The translations under genes were made by a program, and so were the position numbers. Positions 58,417 to 64,000 of a stretch of DNA of 64,000 nt are shown here, piece by piece. The notes beneath the pieces are model-generated. The model saw nothing but the letters and a program-made list of their open reading frames with translations, did not search any database and was not told the origin of the DNA. The stretch comes from a virus. Each line of letters starts with the position of its first letter. The first letter of the stretch is position 1. The DNA is taken from the IMG/VR virus record IMGVR_UViG_3300008110_000034, positions 96,001 through 160,000 of that record; one strand, 5' to 3'.

Positions 58417-58653
58417 ATGAATGAAAATCAATTAGCCGACATCTGGATGTTGTTTAAAGAACACATCGATAAAAAACAACAAGAATCAGTAGCAGAGCGT
58501 TATATTGATTTGTTAGCTGATTACGGAGTTAGCGACAAAACATTTGAAGCAGCTACGGGAGTCGATGACATTCTTGATCAGGCGATTGAATATTATCTTG
58601 ATATTAAGGATGAAGATCAAGATGAGGACTGGGAAGACGAAGACAACTATTAA
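58417..58653 (+). CDS. Small acidic hypothetical protein
   Basis: 78 aa between uvsX and uvsY, with an acidic C-terminal tail. Confidence 0.6.
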   Translation: MNENQLADIWMLFKEHIDKKQQESVAERYIDLLADYGVSDKTFEAATGVDDILDQAIEYYLDIKDEDQDEDWEDEDNY

Positions 58654-58655
58654 TT

Positions 58656-59111
58656 ATGACTTGGTACTCAAAAATATCTAAAGATATATCCTACATACCC
58701 GATGCTGTCGAGTATTATAACAACGAGCTTAACGATGCCAGGATAGAAGTAAAAATTTCTGGTAATATTGAAAGAGCTAGTGCAAACATGCCTGGAATTG
58801 TAGAACATAGATTTGGTCAGCTTCAAGAAATTGAAGCAATTCTTGAGTATTTAAATATCGAGTTGCGTAGATTAAGAAGTCAACATTTTCGAAAATATCT
58901 TGAAAACTATCAACGTGCTCTTACTAGCAGAGATGTTGAAAAATATGTAGAAGGTGAGGCAGATGTAGTTGATTTTGAAAAAATTATCAATGAGTTTGCC
59001 TTACTTCGAAATAAATGGCTAGCAATAACTAAAGCTCTTGATCAGAAACAATGGCAGCTTACTAACATAGTAAAACTAAGGGTTGCCGGCATGGAAGATG
59101 CTACCTTGTGA
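58656..59111 (+). CDS. uvsY: Recombination mediator
   Basis: YLENYQRALTSRDVEKYVEGE...KALDQKQWQLTNIVKLRVAGMED: UvsY motif. Confidence 0.85.
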   Translation: MTWYSKISKDISYIPDAVEYYNNELNDARIEVKISGNIERASANMPGIVEHRFGQLQEIEAILEYLNIELRRLRSQHFRKYLENYQRALTSRDVEKYVEGEADVVDFEKIINEFALLRNKWLAITKALDQKQWQLTNIVKLRVAGMEDATL

Positions 59112-59954
59112 ATTATTAAACAATTCATCATGCGGAACTTCGTATGGATGGCCCTGGTAAAACAGGGCTTTTTCTTGAGCACTACCGTCGTACCATTCAT
59201 CTACATTATATTGACACCATGCAACATGTTCGTGCCATACATCTCTATTAACTGGTTCTAACGGATCTCTCCAATTGGCTAATGTACTTTCACATGCTAT
59301 CCAAGTTGGACACGGGCCTAGACTAATAACTTTTTTACCGTACCAGAATGCTTCTGATGTGATGGCAGAACTATGACTAACAACTAAATCTGCCCATTCA
59401 AAATCGCCGTCAAACCCAAACACGCCTTTAAATCCAACACTAGGATTTCCGTAATGTTGTACTCCTTTTTTACCAACCTTGTATCTAATTTTTACATTTA
59501 CACCCTGTGATTCAAAAAATATTTTTAATTTTTCAGACCATTCTGTGATATCAACTCCTGTAAAAATTCCTTGACTTTTTCTACTTGGAGCGATCAATAC
59601 GTTTTTAATTTCTTTAACTTTCCAGGGCTGTTTTTCTAATCTAGTAGTATTCCATCGAGAATAGGGAATTGATTTTAATTTAGTCGGGGCAAAAGAATTT
59701 ATACTCACCCTGACTGCTACTCTACGTTTTGAAACCCAAGATCCAAGATAGGGACGATTGACTGCAATAAATGGATACTTTGCTTTCATCCATTCTCCAA
59801 TTGATCCTAACGGATTTGCAGGCACTATTAATGGTATACCCGGATCTGCTTTCAATACATCAAAGATATGAATTAGTCGTCCTGTAAAACGCTCCCAACC
59901 TTTGATAAAAGGTTCATCAAACTCGTTGACTAATATTTGATATTTTAGTGCCAT
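59076..59954 (-). CDS. Glycosyltransferase-like protein (capsule-biosynthesis KpsS/GT-B-like)
   Basis: VLIAPS, VKIRYK, ADLVVSHSSAITSEAFWYGKKVI; start moved to ATG 59954, downstream of minus-strand TAAATA 59969-74. Confidence 0.55.
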   Translation of the reverse strand: MALKYQILVNEFDEPFIKGWERFTGRLIHIFDVLKADPGIPLIVPANPLGSIGEWMKAKYPFIAVNRPYLGSWVSKRRVAVRVSINSFAPTKLKSIPYSRWNTTRLEKQPWKVKEIKNVLIAPSRKSQGIFTGVDITEWSEKLKIFFESQGVNVKIRYKVGKKGVQHYGNPSVGFKGVFGFDGDFEWADLVVSHSSAITSEAFWYGKKVISLGPCPTWIACESTLANWRDPLEPVNRDVWHEHVAWCQYNVDEWYDGSAQEKALFYQGHPYEVPHDELFNNSQGSIFHAGNP

Positions 59955-60073
59955 TTTTCTCTCTTTAATATTTACCATTAAATAGTCTAATAAAATCTGA
60001 ACGATTCTTTTCATATCAGCATTTATAGTTAACTGCGTAGATAAATATTACCGTATTTTATAATTTTAAACAT

Positions 60074-60838
60074 ATGAAAAGAATTACATTAGCTACAGGA
60101 GGGTTTGATCCTCTACATTCCGGCCACATAAAATATCTTGAAGCTGCCTGTGAGTTTGGCGACATGTTAGTAGTTGGCTTAAATTCTGATGCTTGGCTTA
60201 CTAGAAAAAAAGGTACACCTTTTATGCCTTTTGAAGAAAGACAAGCAGTTGTATCAGGGCTTTTTGCCGTAGATTACACTATAGAGTTTGACGACACTGA
60301 CGGTAGTGCAAAAGATGCCATCTTAAAACTTAGACAACAATTTCCAGAAGATAAAATTATTTTTGTCAATGGCGGAGATCGAACATTGTCTAATATTCCA
60401 GAAATGGATATTATTGACGATAATCTAGAATTTCAATTTGGTGTTGGCGGAGATAATAAAAAAAATTCAAGCAGTTGGATATTACAAGAGTGGAAGTCCC
60501 CAAAAACAAAACGTCCATGGGGGTACTATCGAGTTCTTCATGAAAGCGGCCAAGAAGTTAAGGTTAAAGAATTAACAGTTGAGCCTGGACAATCATTAAG
60601 TATGCAACGTCATGAAAATAGAGCAGAACATTGGTTTATTATAGAGGGCACTGCTGAAGTATACACTGTAAATAGAAGTTCAGATTATGAATTTTTAGGA
60701 GTGTATCATAAGCATCAAAGTTTGCACATAAACACATCTCAATGGCATCAATTATGTAATCCATCAAATGAGCCTTTGAAAATTGTTGAAATACAGTACG
60801 GTAGTATCTGTACTGAGGAAGATATAGAAAGAAAATGA
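60074..60838 (+). CDS. Bifunctional cytidylyl/nucleotidyltransferase plus cupin (mannose-6-phosphate isomerase type II-like)
   Basis: HIGH-like GGFDPLHSGH, VVGLNSD, NGGDR, then RPWGYY...VKELTVEPGQSLSMQRHENRAEHW...WHQLCNP...IVEIQYG...EEDIER. Confidence 0.85.
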   Translation: MKRITLATGGFDPLHSGHIKYLEAACEFGDMLVVGLNSDAWLTRKKGTPFMPFEERQAVVSGLFAVDYTIEFDDTDGSAKDAILKLRQQFPEDKIIFVNGGDRTLSNIPEMDIIDDNLEFQFGVGGDNKKNSSSWILQEWKSPKTKRPWGYYRVLHESGQEVKVKELTVEPGQSLSMQRHENRAEHWFIIEGTAEVYTVNRSSDYEFLGVYHKHQSLHINTSQWHQLCNPSNEPLKIVEIQYGSICTEEDIERK

Positions 60839-61524
60839 GAGATATTATTCCAGTTTTCATAGGGTATGATCCTAGAGAGGCAATTGCATATCATACATGC
60901 GCTAATAGTATAATTAGAAATTCTTCTAGACCCGTAGCATTGATTCCAGTAGCTCTTAATATGTTTAAAGACTATACAGAAACGCATAACGACGGAAGTA
61001 ATCATTTTATCTATACAAGATTTTTAGTTCCATATTTAATGCAATGGCAAGGCTGGGCAATATTCATAGATGGAGACATGATTGTTCGAGGCGACATTGC
61101 AGAACTATGGGATGCACAGTCTATAGGATGTGATGTAATGGTTGTAAAACACGATTATAAAACTAAGATGAAGGAAAAGTATCTTGGCTCTAAGAACGAA
61201 GATTATCCTAGAAAAAATTGGTCAAGTGTAATTTTGTGGAATTGCAATAGTTTTCCTAACAGAAAATTAACTCCTGAGTTTGTTATGCAAGCTACAGGTG
61301 CAGAACTCCATCGATTTACTTGGCTAGATGATTCAAGAATAGGAGAGTTGCCAAAAGAATGGAATTGGTTACCAGATGAATACGGTACAAATCCTGATGC
61401 AAAATTACTTCATTATACACTAGGTACTCCTTGTTTTCACGAATTTGCAGATACTCCAATGTCAGAAGAGTGGCATCGAGAAAGAATTTTTACAGAATAC
61501 TGCCAACAAATTAATATCAAATGA
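60835..61524 (+). CDS. GT-A (family 8-like) glycosyltransferase
   Basis: FIGYDPRE, FIYTRFLVP, DxD motif FIDGDM, YPRKNWSSVILWN, LLHYTLGTP. Confidence 0.8.
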   Translation: MRDIIPVFIGYDPREAIAYHTCANSIIRNSSRPVALIPVALNMFKDYTETHNDGSNHFIYTRFLVPYLMQWQGWAIFIDGDMIVRGDIAELWDAQSIGCDVMVVKHDYKTKMKEKYLGSKNEDYPRKNWSSVILWNCNSFPNRKLTPEFVMQATGAELHRFTWLDDSRIGELPKEWNWLPDEYGTNPDAKLLHYTLGTPCFHEFADTPMSEEWHRERIFTEYCQQINIK

Positions 61525-62288
61525 ATTTAGTTTTAGACCATTTTATAAAATCAACTAAAGGTTCTGTAACTAAAGACTTTGATAAAAAAGATATTCCTTT
61601 GGCGTTTAGGGGTATATTAAAGAAAAAATATATAGAAGAATGTTTTAACATCGGCAGACCTTTCTATTATATAGATACTGGTTATTTTGGAAATTATCCT
61701 AGTCCAGGAAATCCCCTAGGAATTAAAAAATGGCATAGGATAATTAAAAATAATCTTCAAAATTGTAATGTGTCGTTTTCCTATTCACGAGACAGACTTA
61801 ATATCTTAGAAAAATCTGATCCCCAATTAATTTGGAAAGGATGGAAAACAACCGGTAAAAATATTTTATTAGTAGCGCCTTCTGAAAAACCTTGTAAATA
61901 TTACGAAATTGATAAAACTCAATGGCTGAATGACACTATTAATGAAATTAAAAAATATACAGATAAGCAAATCATAATTAGAGAAAAATCTTCTCGATCA
62001 GAAAGAGTAAGAAAAAATACTATATACGATGCATTTAATCAAGATGTATTTGCAGTAGTAACATATAATAGTATAGCAGCAGTAGAAGCAGTAGCATACG
62101 GGATACCATCTTTTGTCTTGGCGCCAAGTGCAGCAGGTATTGTATCTCTATCAGACATTTCTAAAATAGAAACCCCATATTATCCAGATGATCATTTAGT
62201 TGAGCACTGGAAGCGAACATTGACGTACAATCAATTTACTGATAATGAAATAATTACTGGAAAAGCCTGGAGCATAATTAATGTCTAA
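61521..62288 (+). CDS. Glycosyltransferase-like protein (paralogue of 59076..59954)
   Basis: YIDTGYF, ILLVAPS, IIIREK, VVTYNSIAAVEAVAYGIP, TLTYNQFT..EI..GKAW. Confidence 0.55.
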   Translation: MNLVLDHFIKSTKGSVTKDFDKKDIPLAFRGILKKKYIEECFNIGRPFYYIDTGYFGNYPSPGNPLGIKKWHRIIKNNLQNCNVSFSYSRDRLNILEKSDPQLIWKGWKTTGKNILLVAPSEKPCKYYEIDKTQWLNDTINEIKKYTDKQIIIREKSSRSERVRKNTIYDAFNQDVFAVVTYNSIAAVEAVAYGIPSFVLAPSAAGIVSLSDISKIETPYYPDDHLVEHWKRTLTYNQFTDNEIITGKAWSIINV

Positions 62289-63204
62289 AATAAAATTTAC
62301 AGTGGCCCATCGCGTTGATAACAATAATGTAGGAGACATGGCAAGTAATCCTCTACAATATTTTTTAAAAGATGATGAATATAATGTAGTCGATGTAACA
62401 AAAATATCAGAGTCGTATATAGATCCTAATATTCCATTAATTGTTGGCGGCGGAGGTCTTCTTAATAACGAGTTCATAGGAAATATTTTTAAAGAAATAT
62501 TATATCCTGCAGATAGATTAGAATTAGAAAGAATGTGGCTTGATTCGTGGAATTTAAAAAATTCTAATTATGCTCAAGACCATAGTGAATTTATGGAAAA
62601 ATATAGAAATCTGTTACACGAATATCTTCAAAAAATTGAATATCCAGAGATGAGTAAATTTGTATGGGGTGCTGGATTCAATAGCCCAATTACAGAAGAT
62701 TCTCAAAGCCCTGAATATCCAACTGGACTACTAAATTTTAAACTTGTTGGGCTTCGAGATGTATTTACAAATATGAAACACCAATGGGTGCCTTGTGCAA
62801 GTTGTATGCATCCAACTTTGAGAAAAAAACATACCATTAAAAATAAAGTTATTTGGTTCGAACATAAAAAACAATTAATAAAAGACTTCGGAGACGATTC
62901 TATACCTCGCTTTGTAAATAGTGGATCAAATATTGAACAGACAATTGAATTATTAGGTAGTGCCGAAACTATTCTTACAAACAGTTATCACGGTGCATAC
63001 TGGGGAACATTATTAGGTAAAAAAGTAATTGTTATTGGACAATGGAGTAACAAATTTCTTTTAATGAAACATCCGCCTAGATTTTTAGGAAAAAAGGAAA
63101 ATTGGAAGGATGTTGTGGAAAGTATAGAACCTAATGTTAATGCACTAAATGAATGTATTTCTGCAACTGAAAACTACTGGAAGCAAATTAATTTGTTATT
63201 ATGA
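62281..63204 (+). CDS. Polysaccharide pyruvyltransferase-like protein
   Basis: NVGD, IVGGGGLL, VWGAG, VGLRD, VPCASC, ILTNSYHGAYWGTLLGK. Confidence 0.65.
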   Translation: MSKIKFTVAHRVDNNNVGDMASNPLQYFLKDDEYNVVDVTKISESYIDPNIPLIVGGGGLLNNEFIGNIFKEILYPADRLELERMWLDSWNLKNSNYAQDHSEFMEKYRNLLHEYLQKIEYPEMSKFVWGAGFNSPITEDSQSPEYPTGLLNFKLVGLRDVFTNMKHQWVPCASCMHPTLRKKHTIKNKVIWFEHKKQLIKDFGDDSIPRFVNSGSNIEQTIELLGSAETILTNSYHGAYWGTLLGKKVIVIGQWSNKFLLMKHPPRFLGKKENWKDVVESIEPNVNALNECISATENYWKQINLLL

Positions 63205-64000
63205 ATGTAGCAATATATCATAGTTCTGTACCTAATTTAAAAAATCAAGAAAAAGTTGATTTGTTAAATTTTTACGGACAAGGAGTTAGAGCAGTAGGCG
63301 ATACAGTTGTAGATGTAAGATCTCTTAACTGTGTTAATGCTGACGTGTCTGTAATTCAAGGCTGGGTTGATCAAAAACCTAATACTAATAATCATTTACT
63401 ACTAAGATATAATGTTATTAATAATTCTCAGAGATTTGGAAAATATGTTGTAGCAGTAGACAGCAATTTGTTTTTATATGCAAATACTACCAATCCTTTG
63501 CATTATTTGAGATATAGCTTCAATGGTGTGTTTCCAAATACTGGAATTTACTGTGACAATGTTATTGATCCAACTCGCTGGAAAAAAATTAGTAAAAATT
63601 TAGATTTAAATCTTAAAGATTATAGATCTAATGGCGATCATATTCTATTGATGTTGCAAAGAAATGGCGGCTGGAGCATGGGAACCTATGATGTTCAAGA
63701 ATGGGTTAACAGTGTTATCCATGATTTAAGAAAAGTCACAGACCGGCCAATCGTTGTTAGATCTCACCCAGGCGACAAGGCTGCAAAGCATTACCTAGAT
63801 CCAAATAGTCCACAGTGTAAGATCAAATGGTCAAAACGTGTTCGACTAAGCCACAATAAAAATTTAGTAGATGATTTAAAAAATTGTTGGGCAGCAGTTA
63901 ATCATAATTCTAGCCCTTCGGTAGGAGCAGCTATAGAGGGTGTTCCTATTTTTATCACTGATATTGAAAAAAGCCAATGTAAAGAGATAGCTAATATAAA
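63201..64000 (+). CDS. Glycosyltransferase-like protein, third paralogue (truncated by the window end; not in the ORF track)
   Basis: ATGA overlap with the previous stop; open to 64000: MNVAIYHSSVP...HILLMLQ...RPIVVRSHPGD...AAVNHNSSPSVGAAIEGVPIF. Confidence 0.7.
   Translation, partial: MNVAIYHSSVPNLKNQEKVDLLNFYGQGVRAVGDTVVDVRSLNCVNADVSVIQGWVDQKPNTNNHLLLRYNVINNSQRFGKYVVAVDSNLFLYANTTNPLHYLRYSFNGVFPNTGIYCDNVIDPTRWKKISKNLDLNLKDYRSNGDHILLMLQRNGGWSMGTYDVQEWVNSVIHDLRKVTDRPIVVRSHPGDKAAKHYLDPNSPQCKIKWSKRVRLSHNKNLVDDLKNCWAAVNHNSSPSVGAAIEGVPIFITDIEKSQCKEIANI

Noticed and set aside
1-64000. Alternative genetic code (stop-codon reassignment), as in some large phages
   Set aside because: Core genes are full length in code 11, and TAA, TAG and TGA all end genes (e.g. 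TAG at 14877 and 51651, TGA at 7702).

Overview
The window is an AT-rich, almost fully coding 64 kb piece of a large T4-like (myovirus-type) dsDNA phage genome, read in the standard genetic code. It holds most of the virion module: baseplate (gp25-, gp5-, hub-, gp53-, gp48/54- and gp26-like), tape measure, portal gp20, scaffold, protease gp21, gp22, major capsid gp23, a block of very large tail fibres (up to 2114 aa), neck gp13/14/15, sheath gp18, tube gp19, gp4 and the terminase. Interleaved with these are late sigma factor gp55, gp47/gp46, a GIY-YIG nuclease, a dNMP kinase, an HNH protein, a NUDIX hydrolase, ssb gp32, uvsX and uvsY. Accessory genes include a heme-oxygenase-like plus cobalamin-type radical SAM pair and a glycan-modification cluster running off the right edge. 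Structural genes follow TAAATA late-promoter motifs, while gp55, the kinase, ssb and uvsX have sigma70-type promoters. Best leads: (1) the longest non-coding gap (10189-10680), directly behind a minimal GIY-YIG nuclease, folds by eye into a large multi-helix plus-strand RNA that I cannot assign to a known family; (2) a tandem -1 slippery site that would fuse the gp26-like gene to the next ORF; (3) the oxidase/radical SAM pair and the glycan cluster; (4) structured leaders before the 22023 gene and ssb. All product calls come from motif recognition and gene context, not database searches. I found no tRNA, CRISPR array, intein, reverse transcriptase or integrase.
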